Translations under genes and position numbers: made by a program | In this document: positions 28,055 through 44,441 of the stretch, piece after piece | Numbering within the stretch: position 1 is the first letter of the stretch | How the letters are laid out: every line of letters begins with the position of its first letter | DNA from: Octopus vulgaris | Lineage: Eukaryota | NCBI GenBank assembly: GCA_951406725.2 | Contig: OX597816.1 | Coordinates: 42,780,001 to 42,844,000, forward strand | DNA length: 64,000 bases | Direction of reading: 5' to 3' | The notes under the pieces: generated by a model | What the model was told of the DNA's origin: nothing | What the model saw: only the letters and a program-made list of their open reading frames with translations | Database searches by the model: none

Positions 28055-28108
<54 letters not shown>

Positions 28109-28333
28109 TTTATTTCAAGCAGCATGTAATTAAACAAAACCTGTTACTCTGAGTTTCCGTTGCCGTTCATCGGACAGTTTTGGCTAGCAAAAACTGTCCG
28201 ATGAACGGCAACGGGAGACTCAGAGTAACAGGTTTTGTTGAATTTTCTGCTGCTTTAAATAAAGCATATTACTCTACCACTGGTATTTGAGTACTCTTTA
28301 TTCCACCTTGTTTCCCATTTATGAGTTTACTCC

Positions 28334-28336
<3 letters not shown>
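28109..28336. mobile_element. Fold-back cassette in a TA tract carrying two divergently oriented variant hammerheads (28141-28177 -, 28194-28231 +)
   Basis: Arms ~28109-28181 and ~28190-28264 are reverse complements. Motif: ctgt-CCGATGA-acggcaacg-GAAA-ctcagag-TA-acag. The tail (ccttgtttc...tactccggt) recurs at ~24745-24776. Confidence 0.65.
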
Positions 28337-28418
<82 letters not shown>

Positions 28419-30689
28419 GGTTACAAGACGCCACCAACTGTAAACAACATGAAATACGAAACCAAATGGAAAACAGAGTAACATGAAGAATGAAGCTCCA
28501 TCAGCTGTCAGCTGTCCAGTTTCGAGCACTGAACCACAATATGAGTTTTCGATGGCAGCTACTCCCACAAAAGCCAAAATATAATTTGGGATTTATTGTG
28601 AGTCAAAGTTTGTAACAAAATCGGGACAAAGGCGACATACCACGAAACTGAAAGTTATGAAACATGGAAGTTCTTTAGACCAGACGAAGGTAATATATAG
28701 CGAACGCTGGAGAAATATTTTCTTTGACAAGAGAAAAGATAGAAGAGAGAGAGAGAGAGAGAGATCAGGCTACTTTCAGTCTTTACGACAGCTCTGAAGG
28801 AAAAGAGAGCTGGACGATGGTCACGCGTGAGCAACGAGAGAGAGTCTAAAGGGGGTAGCGGGAGATGCATATATGTATTGTCTTAAGTTTTGGAGGTGAC
28901 GAATTTAGAAATTCTGCTGTTTATTAATCAATTCTCCTACTGTATTGGTAAATTATTTTAAAATTTTAGTATTACCTACGATTAAAATTAGTAATTGCAA
29001 ATGAACTATTCTATCCGACGAATGTCAGCTTTACAAATGTTCTAACGTACAGTATTTTTAACTGACCAAAATATGATTTAATGTTAGGTACTATGATATA
29101 AATAAATCGTACGAATTTTAGTACATCTTAATTGTTGCTATACATTTACCAGTCAAACATAAAATGATGGCGGACTCTATTCCCCGCAATATGCTTTGCC
29201 TATATTAACAAAGTATTTTGATTTTACAGAGGGCATTGTGTTATCTCCCTTGATTGTTTATAGGTTTGTAAACGCTCACACAAGTAGATTATATTATTAA
29301 TCACCTGCACAATGTCACCTGATCCAGTATTTACAACTCACTATAATAAAACAACTAGGAGAATCGTTAATGTACCGGACGAAATGATTACTTACATTTC
29401 TTCCAGTCCTTTACTTTTTCAGATCAAACTTCCACCGAAGTTGTCTTTGCCTTTTATCATTTCGAGGTCGAAACTATAAGTAATAGTTCATCGCCAGGTT
29501 GAATGTAATTGACTCCCGCACCTCGCAAAAGTTGCTGGCTTTGTACCCAAATTGGAAAGAATTATCTTCAAAGATATCTTATTGTATTTAAAATGCTGCT
29601 TTCATAGTAAAACACACTCACGATGACATCAAGTTAATTTCTTGTGTTATTCTGTTATATTTTCTGATGATTCAACTTTCAAGGTTTCATTGAGTTATCT
29701 TTAACGTTTATCCTTTTCAGAATATGCAAACTAAGTTGAGTCAAGTGGTGTTGGCAATTAAATTGACTGAGCTAGACCCCCATAACTGCGATTGTTGCTA
29801 GAAATCATTCTATTCAGATAAACTGATGACAATACAAAAGAGGTGTTAACTCATAATTAATGAGTTGTTGTTTTAATTATTACACAATAGACATTTATGA
29901 AACCCCCTAGGGATATATCTTAATAAACTTATGAAAGCTTTCCAAAACATGGTAAGCACAAACTTTTATGATACACATTGCTAGCAGCATATTAAACATT
30001 CTGATGAAACTATGTGTTAGAACTAATGAATTTGCCTTCAACTATAGCTGGAGGATATGTACATAATTAGAAAGTAAACGTCTAAAGAAAATCAGAGAAT
30101 AGCCCAAATGAAGTGTATTGTATTAGAAACACAACCAGATAGTGCTTAGTGTCCAATCTAAAGGAAGATATCAATAATATAATGAACGATACTAACAAAA
30201 ACAATCTGTAACAATCGCAGGCTATTCAATTCCACAAGTACCTGATTATAAATTTAAAGACAGAAATGCGTTCTCAAGTAGATACCACATGTTGTGCGAT
30301 ATGAAAGCATATTGAGTAAGGTCCCTATATTCCCAGGGGAACCAGATTTATGTCATGATGTTGACAGATTTTATTCCGCATTTTATGCATATCACACTTA
30401 TCACTTGCATCTCTAATCGTACGAAAGTTACTAACACTATGGAATTAACATATTTGTAATTAAAGAGCATAATTTCACCTAGGAAGCTTCTAAACCATTC
30501 TTCAGTTATGACTGAAGATATATATATATATATGGATCACATGTAAGGTGCTTTACTATTGCACGACCTGTTATGTTCATGATATATCAAAACCATGAAT
30601 TATTGAAACAAATGCAATGAAGGAATAAATGTAAAAAATAACCTTCACCTATATATATATATACAAACACACACACACACACGCAAACG

Positions 30690-30739
<50 letters not shown>

Positions 30740-30898
30740 AATAATCAAACAGAATTGCACACAGCTAAAGATATATACTACTGTCTACTTTCAGTTTCCA
30801 TCTATCAAATCCACTCACATATATATGATATATGTATCTAAAATATATGATACATATATATATATATATATTTGTATATATATGTGTGTGTGTGCGTG

Positions 30899-30941
<43 letters not shown>

Positions 30942-31152
30942 ATATGTATAATATATATATATGACATATATATATAATATATATGAGATATATATATATA
31001 ATATATATATGGGGTGTTGTATGTGTACGTGTGCATCTGTCAGTACATTTTTCTATATTCCTCTGTATATGAAATATTACATAATACGTAATATATTGCA
31101 TATATGTATATAGTTATAAACATAAAACGAGAGAAAGAGAGAGGAACACGGT

Positions 31153-31232
<80 letters not shown>

Positions 31233-31283
31233 CATACATACATACATACATACATACATACATACATACATACATACATACAT
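31153..31283. repeat. Compound (GATA)n(CATA)n microsatellite
   Basis: Direct reading. Confidence 0.95.
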
Positions 31284-31775
31284 GCATAGCACTGAGAGCA
31301 GAAGCACTGTCAGAGGCAAAATATCCACGTAAGAAAATTATATGAAACGAAATAAATGGACGGATATTTTGACAAGAAATTTTCCTAGCTATATATTCTC
31401 TGATATAAAGAGAAACCGAACTGGGGAAAGCTGTCTAAAATGCTATAGTAAATATATCATTAAGAAGGAACGGTGCGCGTGCATTTTGGATCCGTATCTC
31501 AGATCTGAAAAATAGCAAGATATCAGAATCAGTTATTGATTTAGCTCAATGCATACTGGTTAGTTGCAATTAGAAGGTGAATCATTGAACAGTAAGAAAA
31601 AGTATAAAATGAATACTTAAACTTACTACTATTAGAATGGAAAGGATTGCTTTCAATTTCAATATAAAATAGCTAAGCAGCCAGCGGAAATATCCACCGA
31701 TATGTAAATTATACACTAAATCTAGCATAAAAAATATTTCGATATAGAGGTAAATATTGGTCTACTAATGGACAA

Positions 31776-31822
<47 letters not shown>

Positions 31823-32104
31823 TAAATATATATGTGATTGTGTGCGGGTATGTGTATGTGTACTTACTGATCTATCTTTTTATATCAGTGAGAGCGTATG
31901 TGCTTGCAACCAATAAGCCACTTATGAGTAAACACTGTATGTGTGTATACATGTATGTCAATAGGTGCGCGTCTACATGTGCGTGCATATGTGTATATAA
32001 GTACAAATACAAACAGACACACACACACACATATATAAATATGCATATGTAAGTATTTATATAATATTCTAACGGTACTGTCGATATTGCAGATATTTAT
32101 ACGG

Positions 32105-32148
<44 letters not shown>

Positions 32149-32420
32149 GAACGCATCTAATTACACTTATAGAAGTATGTATATATCTGTGTGATTACGT
32201 TTTTCATATTACAAATTAGGATTTTTATACGTAAGATTTTAGCTTTTTTGGCAGATAGAACATTAGTAGACAATACTATTTGAGTACGTATGCATGTAAA
32301 TACATAGACACCCATATGAATTTAGTCGCACATACACACATACACAAACGCACACAGACAAACATCTTTCTCTCACTCTCTCTCACTCTCTCAATATATG
32401 TATATACCCCACCACACACG

Positions 32421-34961
<2,541 letters not shown>

Positions 34962-35770
34962 GTGTGTGGTTGTATTTATAAATGTTCTAAAATCTTCACA
35001 CCCTTGGTTTTTTCATCTCATTCTGAAATACATATATACTTACATATATAAAACAATTACAATAAATAGGAAGTTCAATACATCTGCAAATTTTATATTT
35101 TTATAGTCGCTTGTACAATATACTTGAAACATGTGTCGTGCAGAGCGAAACCAGCTTTTATCGATCTCATAAAATACGTTCGGATTGCTTACCTCAACTT
35201 ATCCTATCTATTCTTTATCACTCGATGCGGTAAACCATAACGTTGATTTTAACTGAATGCTCGAACGGTATACGCGTGGGTTCTTTATCCCTAACTATTC
35301 ACAACATATACCTGGATTCCATGCGTACAGCACAGGAGGGGCCATATTGGTAGGTAATTCTGTTATGATTTTACAGCTATATAAAAAATTGTTTTTCATA
35401 TTTTCATGAATTTTTTCATTCGTTTTTAAATTCAAATATTGCTAAATTCATCGCAGCGAGCTTTAGACCTCCAGAATCTAGTCTTCGAGATGAAATGAGA
35501 TACAGGTAAATTATTGGTCCTTTATTATAGACAGGTGTGATATATAGATAGCCTTGCCCACAATGGGAATATCCGTAAAATATTGATGCTTTATTCATTA
35601 AGCCTTTCATGTTTACTCCTCCTTAGTGTCAAGTGGGGAAGTACTTTTTCAATGATCGTTACTTGTATGTGCTTGGTGAAATGGTAGCGGGATATATATA
35701 TAACAACAGGTAATCGAAGCTGTGACGGTGCTTTACTCATCATCTATTTATACAGTTTGTATTTCTCCAT

Positions 35771-35812
<42 letters not shown>

Positions 35813-36552
35813 AAAGTGAGAGAGAGAGAGAGCGAGAGATGCAAGCCCGAAGTTATGCATTCATGTTTCTATGAATGTATGTAGGCGTATATATGTATGT
35901 CTACAACCAAATCGGGCGTATTGGCTTTTGTATAGCATTTGCGATGATTCTAAGGAGAATATATACTATTAGAAATTAAGTGATTAACACGGTGATATTT
36001 CCTACAAGCCAAAGTTGAGAACTAATTCATCAAAAACTGGCTTATTATCTCACCTTTCGAACAGCAATGGCATTTAAATGTAATAATAAGCGTCACGTAT
36101 CTACTTTAGAATACTTTTCCGAAAATAGCTTAGTATGATTATCTGAAGACGCTATTCTTCAATCAACATGTGTTAGATACCAACTACGATATTTAGAGTA
36201 TACTTTTTTTCTATTATTGAGATATAGTCATCTCTTCTTTTTTTAGTAATAACATCTGTCTAGAGCATTTACATTTCAGTGTAGAGGTATAACAGTAGTT
36301 TTTAGCATAATACTTTTTGTAACTTACCTTCTTTCAATTAGTAATTGATTGACACAAAATAATGTCGTATATAATCTGCTTATTATAAAATGTACCATTT
36401 ATCTAAGATTTGAATTTAATGTGCCTTCAATCCTAGATTTTCTGATATACACTAACATTTTCTTTTTATTATATTTTTTTTAGTTTAATTTAGGTTTCTA
36501 TTTTTTATTTGCTGCATCATTTTGTAAATCGTTTGTAACATGTATCTGCTCG

Positions 36553-37167
36553 AGGCGGCGAGCTGGTAGAAACGTTAGCACGTCGGACGAAATGCTTAGG
36601 GGTATTTCGTCTGCCGCTACGTTCTGAGTTCAAATTCCGCCGAGGTCGACTTTGCCTTTCATTCTTTCGGGGTCAATTAAATAAGTACCAGACACGCACT
36701 GGGGTCTATATAATCAACTTAATCCGTTTGGCTGTCCTTGTTTGTCCTGTTTGTGTTTAGCCCCTTGTGGGTAGTAAAGAAATAGGTATTTCGTCTGACG
36801 TTACGTTCTGAGTTCAAACTCCACCGAGGTAAACTTTGCCTTACATCCTTTCGAAATCAATAAATTAAGTAGCAGTTATGGACTGAGGTCAATATAATCG
36901 ACTTAATCTGTTTGTCTGCCCTTGTTTGTCCCCTCTCTGTGTAGCCCCTTGTGGGCAGTAAAGAAATGAGAACCGTTAGCACGCCGAGCGAAATGCTTAG
37001 CGGTATTTCGTCTATCTTTATGATTTGAGTTCAAATTCCGCTGAGGACGACTTTGCCTTTCATCCTTTCAGGGTCGATAAATTAAGTACCAGTTGCGTAC
37101 AGGAGTCGATCTAATCAACTGGGCTCCCTCGCCCAAAATTTCGGGCCTCGTGTCTAGAGTAGAAAAG
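36553..37167 (+). mobile_element. Internally triplicated tRNA-like SINE flanked by a 15-bp TSD
   Basis: aggcggcgagctggtagaaacgttagc head; the ggtatttcgtct...gagttcaaattcc module occurs three times. TSD aacatgtatctg(c/a)tc at 36537-36551 and 37168-37182. Confidence 0.85.
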
Positions 37168-37300
37168 AACATGTATCTGATCAATTTTCAGTCTCTCACA
37201 CTTTTTCCTGATTTCTGTCACATATTTCTCTCTTCTCAACTCTCTTTCTCTCTCTCTCATTGCCTCTACGTACACGTGTGTAGGTGCATACATACATATG

Positions 37301-37375
<75 letters not shown>

Positions 37376-37605
37376 TATTTATTTATATATATATATTTAT
37401 TTATTTATATATATTTATTTATTTATATATTGTATATGTGTGTGTATATGTATGTATGTATGTATGTATATATATATATAATTAAGGGTACTAACAAGTA
37501 GTACCGGCATGCTAACTATAGCACACAAAATGATATATTCATATATATCTATATTGGTATATAGAGGTAGTAAGTAGATAAATACAATCAGGCTTTATAC
37601 ATATA

Positions 37606-37999
37606 CTAGCAGTATCGCCCGGCGTTGCTCGGGTTTGTAAGGGAAATAATTATATAAGCATTTTTAGAGATGTAAAGTATAATAGCCATCTCAATATGGC
37701 TAATCACAAAGGGGGAGGGGTGTTACTGTAGCTTTTTACGTTCTGAGATTTAATAATAAATTTTAGAGAGTTACTTCCCTTATATATGTCAAAAATGGAT
37801 TAAAAATGGGAAAAATTGATGGTAATTTTTTTTTAAATCGTAGACTCATCGTAGACGCGCGCTAATACCCAGACGGTCTCGATATGAATCACGACTATAA
37901 GATACCCGGTTTTGGTTAAACTGCACCGCAAAATGTGGGAGTAGTTAGGAATCTAAATCGTAGGAGACAGACACACAACCTCACTTTTATATATAAAGA
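37606..37999 (-). mobile_element. Non-autonomous Helitron (copy 2)
   Basis: Same termini and most of the interior as 4169-4588. A|TC...CTAG|T junctions. Confidence 0.8.
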
Positions 38000-38059
38000 T
38001 TTCCTCTATTTACATAATATTGAGGTCTCTTTCTTTCTTTTGTTATCTTACTGTTTTTA

Positions 38060-38109
<50 letters not shown>

Positions 38110-38163
38110 CAGAGATGTACTTGCATAGCAAGTGACTTGATCTGAGATCGTGTGCTGGAACAG

Positions 38164-38422
38164 TTGCAGCGTTGAAGGTGTTTATAAGCCATTTAAGAAA
38201 CACACAAAAACCGTTAGATTCACTTCAACATTTAAATTTAATTTGTGAAAATATTTTCGTCACTTTGAGACCGCGACCTGTTAGCACGATATTTTTGTCA
38301 GTGAACAGATCGCGGTCTGAAAGCGACGAAAATATTTTGGCAAATTAAATTTAAATGTTGAAGTGAATGTAACGGTTTTTGTGTGTTTCTTAAATGGCTT
38401 ACAAACACCTTCCACGCTGCAA
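38164..38422. repeat. Fold-back (~120 bp arms, ~20 bp spacer) cassette between TA tracts
   Basis: ttgcagcgttgaaggtgtttataagccatttaagaaacacac...gaccgcgacctgtt pairs with aacagatcgcggtc...gtgtgtttcttaaatggcttacaaacaccttccacgctgcaa. Confidence 0.85.
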
Positions 38423-38511
38423 TATATATATACACACATATATATATATGTATGTATGTATGTATGTGTGTATATGTGTATGCATGTATGTGTGTGTGTG
38501 TGCGTGTCTGT

Positions 38512-38722
38512 GCTTGTGATTGTCCTCCACCACTGCTTGACAACGAATGTTGGTTTGTTTACATCCCTGTCACCTAGTGGTTTGACAAAGGAAACAGATA
38601 GAATAAGTACAATGCTTACAAAAATAAAACTGGAGTTGATTCATTAAACTACAATTCTTCAAGGCATTGCCCCAGCATGGCCACAGACCAATGGCTGGAA
38701 AAAGCAGAAGAATAAAAGAATA
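38512..38722 (+). mobile_element. SINE 3' half (12701 family)
   Basis: gcttgacaacgaatgttggtttgtttacatccc...gatagaataagtac...ccccagcatggccacag. Confidence 0.65.
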
Positions 38723-38787
38723 CATTCTCTGCTTTGGTCATATGTTGAAGGCATGAGAAAGCTTGAGTTTACATGAGAAGGCCTAAC

Positions 38788-39263
38788 AGACCTGGTAGAA
38801 ACAGCAGCCAAATCTCCCTCAAATCACACCTTACTGTCTTATGTATGTATATATATATGAGCCAATGAGGGGGACCTCTACATGGTAGCTAGACCTGGTA
38901 GAAATAGCAGCCAAATTTCCCCAAATCACACCTTACTGTCTTATCTATGTATATATGTATGTATGAGCCTATGAGGGACCCCTACATGGCAGCTAGACCT
39001 GGTAGAAATAGCAGCCAAATTTCCCCCAAATCACACCTTACTGTCTTATCTATGTATATATGTATGTATGAGCCTATGAGGGAGACCCCTACATGGCAGC
39101 TAGACCTGGTAGAAATAGCAGCCAAATTTCCCCCAAATCACACCTTACTGTCTTATCTATGTATATATGTATGTATGAGCCTATGAGGGAGACCCCTACA
39201 TGGCAGCTAGACATGGTAGAAATAGCAGCCAAATCTCCCTCAAATCACACCTTACTGTCTTAT
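38788..39263 (+). repeat. Tandem minisatellite, ~4.5 units of 103-107 bp
   Basis: Unit agacctggtagaaatagcagccaaatttcccccaaatcacaccttactgtcttatc... starts at 38788, 38891, 38995, 39102 and 39209. Confidence 0.9.
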
Positions 39264-40245
39264 CTTTCTGCTACTTGGATATAGGTGTTATATTCGTCGT
39301 AAAAAACTTTCCTGTCACACACTCACGCACACGCACACACACACACACACACACACGCACCCTCACACACACACACGCGCGCACACCCACACACACCCAC
39401 TCACACACACGCACGTTAGCTTACAATTTTATTTATATATTTGCGTGTCTGTGTGGAAAGAGGAAGTGGGAGGCAGAGTGAAAGAATCACTCACTACAGT
39501 AAGTCAATTACTTTCATTTTATTCGTTGCCCACTGTGTGTGTGCGTTTGCGTGTGCTGTAAACCAGACTAAGAAAAGCATTTGACACACACACCAGAATG
39601 TGAGTTTTCTGTAAATTTTGCTTAACTGGAGTTTAAATTTTAAAAACTGGACCTGGCATGACGCGATGCATTGTACTCTTAAAAATGCAAGGTAAATTGT
39701 AATTGAAGAAATCCTATATTGTAGATTTGTATAACTCCCAAAGGGAGGCAGATAAAATCTGCCTTTTATAATAAGAGATTCATGAGTACAAAAAATACAG
39801 AATAGAAGTTAAAAATAAAGAAAATATATGTATATACAGAAATGATGACTTATCTCGACAGCTGTTTCAGGAAACAGTGTTATGTACTGACCATAATTTA
39901 CAGCATAACATCATTGGTACCTCACCGATGATCAGTCAAATATAGTTATTACAGAAATTTCAAAAGGCAGTTGGCAAATGCGTGTCGTTTAGTACTATTT
40001 ACAAACAAAAGAAGTTGAAGGGAAAGAACAAGTTGAGAAAAGGTGGTAGATAAGAGACCAGATGGGAGAAGAGGAGCGGAGATACGATAAAAACAACAGT
40101 AAAGATGCGATAATTTGTCCCTGATAGAGCTTTTGGTCTATAAGAAGCTTGAGAAACTTTAAACCGCACGGAATCAAGATATTTTGAATTATATGCAGCT
40201 CATACTAAATGTTATGAGTGCTTTTTCCTTTCGTTTGTCTACTCA

Positions 40246-40298
<53 letters not shown>

Positions 40299-41189
40299 AC
40301 ACACACGTACACACACACAGACATATATATCTAATAATATATAAAATAGAGATGTGTACGTGTCCACTTTTCATGGGAAAATATTTTCACCAATTGCTTT
40401 CAAACTTGTGATGCATGAGTAATCTGACTTCGGACAAATAATAGGCTGTTCATTCGATATTTCCACTAAAAATTATCAAAAATAAAAAAATATTGCTGCT
40501 TATATTACATTCACGACTTTGAAAGATTTTAAAATATGTACTTAGAGAGGTAGAGATATCTATCTATCTATATCTCTTGTTTTCTCTCACATTTTTCGGA
40601 CGCTATTCTCTTCCCTTTCAATTTTCCTACGCCATTTTTAATTTCCATGTTATCGATTTCACTGTGAGTCTAAGTTTTCAATCGCTGTTTACTAACAAAC
40701 AACGACAAATTACTGACAGAAGGAAGTTCGTAATTACTGATATAAGTAATTTCATAATATAGTGACAGAAGTATTTTCATAAATTTCACTTCAATCCCTA
40801 CGGTTTTGTGTTTTTCTGTTGTTGACGGTTTCTTTCTATTTCCTTCGATTCTGGCTCTTTGGTTCACTGAGTGAAAAATGTTGCTTCAATCCGTACGATA
40901 CTTTATTTTCTCTTAAAAATTCTTATTTACATTTTGCCTGCGGTATTAAGAAACATAATTTCCGTTACCATGTTATTCTCATTGTTTACTGTCCTCTGCA
41001 CTCGTGTACTTCTGTATACATATATAACCATGCTTAGAAGGGAAGTGCCAAATTTTGTCGACATAACTACAGATTTCTGTCCCCCACCCTTCACCGCCAA
41101 TTTGGATGATCATAACTTTTAGAAAAATAAATATTTTAAGTAGCATTTTCTACGAAAATGTGTTATGTCATGTAGATTCCGAATACACG

Positions 41190-41459
41190 TATTTTCACCT
41201 CTTTCGATCTCTTTCATATGCTATGCACAGAGTTTCCTTCAATAATGTTGCAGAATTGAGGGCTTGGTTGGATCGATTTTTCGAGTCGAAATCGGGAGAT
41301 TTCTACTAACGAGGTATTGAAAATCTTGTTGAACGCTGGGAAGGAGTTGTAAACAACAGGGTGAATACATTATTGATTAATTCGTTGTTATTTGTTTTAA
41401 TTAAACCTTTCAAAATTTGAAATAGAAGAAACAGCGGGAACTTGTTTGCCAACCCAATA
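41190..41459 (+). mobile_element. Mariner transposon 3' remnant (transposase C-terminus plus right TIR)
   Basis: YFHLFRSL...FNNVAELRAWLDRFFESKSGDFY*RGIENLVERWEGVV is a typical mariner C-terminus. It ends with TIR-like gaacttgtttgccaacccaa followed by TA. Confidence 0.85.
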
Positions 41460-43583
41460 TAGGGGAATTTTCTCCGTAACTTAACTAAGCGCATTCTGTA
41501 CAATAATCCATCCTATTCCCATGCGTCGCAGAGTCATTGCTTTAGAGTTTGCGATAAATTACACAAATTGCAACGGTGAATTCTATTCATCAATGAAACT
41601 GAGTATTCACTCTCCAACGACAATCTGGATAAAGTTCAAGTTTTTTTTCTGTTTCACAAAGTTTGAAACATGATATCTGTATATTTTTTCCCAACTTATA
41701 TATCCGAATCAGGTGAGAACACCCGATAATAAAATATTGGTTGTTTTCTTGTTGTTTTAATTTTACTTTACCGGCTTAGGCAGAGAGTAAACGTTACATT
41801 CCAGTCGCTTTGTATTCCACCCAAGAACATGCAGCAAACAAAAAATAACCGCCATTCAAAGTATTCAAGTTCCAGATAATAAAATGTTGGATCTATACTG
41901 TGACATTATTTTAGCTGTGTTGATGGAAAATTCGATTAATGAACTGTCAGCACATCGGTGAAGCTAATCACGTCAGCAACCTATTGCTTTCGGCAAGAAA
42001 TCATCTGTAGGAATTTTTAATGAAATTTATTAAGATTGAGTTGAAACCGTGTCATTGTGTTTGATCACAAAAAGGTTGGTTTCAACCTGCTCCTTACAAG
42101 TAGTATAAAAAAAATCAACCTCAAATTACAAGCTCACATGTTTAAAGAACTAGGAGGCATTGGATAACGTGATGTTGTACGCTCTGTGAAAATGTAGGAT
42201 AGGTTGGCGCGATCGTGCCCACCTTAGAAACTTTTGCCATTGGTTTGTTCTGTACTAGAATTCCTGGGAGTAGATACTAGCACTAACACAATGTCTGAAT
42301 AACAATGCATAACTAATAATTGACGCAGTGTATGTGAGTTAATTGTTACGACAGTTTTAGTCATCTTCATGCACTGCCTTCAATGAATGTGAATGAATTA
42401 TGGAGACAGAGGTACCTGAGGTCATACAGAGGGAGTTAACTATAACATTAGTAGCAGTTTAACTCTTTGAAGTGATTTCATTCAAAGGCGTGACCTGTTA
42501 GTAATGTCTTTATACGACTTTTAAAGTCATAGCGTAACGGGGAATATATGATGTATCATTCTTAAATTTTTAAACGACTGTGGTGCAATTTCCTTATGAT
42601 ATTAATGTAATTTCTAACAAGTAGATTGTCTTCAAATATTCTCTCTTGTTATGTTTTAATGATCATATTTTGGGTAGTAAGTATAAGTAAAATTTTCTTC
42701 ATTCGATCGGATTTCTGTTAATTATGTATCTATAGCGTTAGCGTGGAAGAAATGATAAGAACTTTTGAAAATCGACATGAGAATGTAAAATTCTTTTTCT
42801 TCTTTTTTTAAGTTCCGCTTTCAGAATCCCTGCCGGATTTAAATTTGCTTTTCATTCACCAAAACTACATAAAATAAATTCCATTCAACTATTGGGTTCT
42901 GTTAATTACATATCTATGGAAGTGATGTATAATCATTACGAGCTCATCTCCATTATAATGTAACAAGTGGTTATTTTTCTTTGTAGAATTATTTAATTTG
43001 GAGGTAAAGATGAAGGAGGTATATTCAGCTGAATGTAGAATCATACACAACTCTCTGTGATTGCAAAATATATTCAAAATTCAAACCAGTAGTAATGTTA
43101 GAAAGTAGGATTTTCTTTGATTAACAGATAAAGATACGAAAAGGAAACGTAAAGCAGCCAATGAAAATGTTAACTTCATTTTCATAACTTTCTTCATTAA
43201 ATTACTTACAAAATATAGAAATATAATTTTCATTAAAACGACATAAAACTGTGAAAGGAAATACAAAGAATTTAAAGAAATATATTCTGTATATTTATCA
43301 ATATTAGTTTTGTTTTGTATATACAATTATTTAATTATGTATTTATTCATTTAATTATTTTTTACGCATCTTTATTTTTTCATTTAATTACACAGAAGAT
43401 AATGGATATTAAGCTAGCTTGGTTTAGCTCAAGAGATTTCGTCTTCGTCAAATATGGAATCGGATTAGCTATATCATAGAAGTTTTGTCTTTAATATTAA
43501 TCTCTCCAAAATCCGTCACTCTCAGGATCACTTTCTCTCTTTCTATTTATCCATCTTTATCTCCCCACCCTTGATCTGTATGT

Positions 43584-43644
<61 letters not shown>

Positions 43645-43808
43645 GTATACATATAGATATACATATATTTATACATATATGTAGACATATAAGTATTTAT
43701 GTGTATATATATAGATATATATATATATGTATATATAGATAGCCACATATATTTACATATATATGTAAATATGTGTAAGCGTGTATATATATACATTTAT
43801 ATAAAGAA

Positions 43809-43869
<61 letters not shown>

Positions 43870-44375
43870 TGAGCATTGTAGTTCGCTGGAAGCATTGTAT
43901 ATTGATAACCGTTATATGTGTGTGTGCATGTATGTGTGGTATGTATATAAGCATCTCTGTGATTATTTTTCATCTATTTCTTCATACTATATCTCTGTTT
44001 TGTCTTTACATTATTTCTCTCTAATACAAAATGTGCATTTCCTCCCATTTCTTCGTTCTCACACTTAACATACCAATTTTCCTTTCTCGAAGCTCTTTGC
44101 AAGACAGACTACGGGTTCACATGTAGAAGAAAACGAATATCCAGATTATACGAATACATAAAGATACACGTGATTATATGAGCAAAGAGATGAATAAATA
44201 TACAAGAAGCTTGAATTATTTCATGTAATAATAACTCAACATATACTTATAAATTATATAATGAACATCCGAAATGTTTTAACCATTTATATGTGTGTAT
44301 GTGTGTATGTGTTTGTGTGTATATGTGTGCGTTCGCGTGTATGTATGCATATATACATATGAATGTACACCCCAC

Positions 44376-44441
<66 letters not shown>

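Larger units (their letters stand above)
26947..28062 (+). mobile_element. Non-coding hammerhead-bearing element: partial tandem (period 554 nt) with inverted 5' segment; retrozyme/non-autonomous PLE-like
   Basis: 27134-27508 is repeated at 27688-28062. 26947-27109 is the reverse complement of 27444-27606. Both flanks are (TA)n. Confidence 0.75.

Noticed and set aside
29995-30085. CTGATGA...GAAAgtaaacgTC hammerhead candidate
   Set aside because: Stem I does not pair and stem III lacks the C-G pair; too weak to call.
38788-39263. CRISPR-like periodic array
   Set aside because: Whole units are repeated with no unique spacers, the context is eukaryotic, and there are no cas genes.
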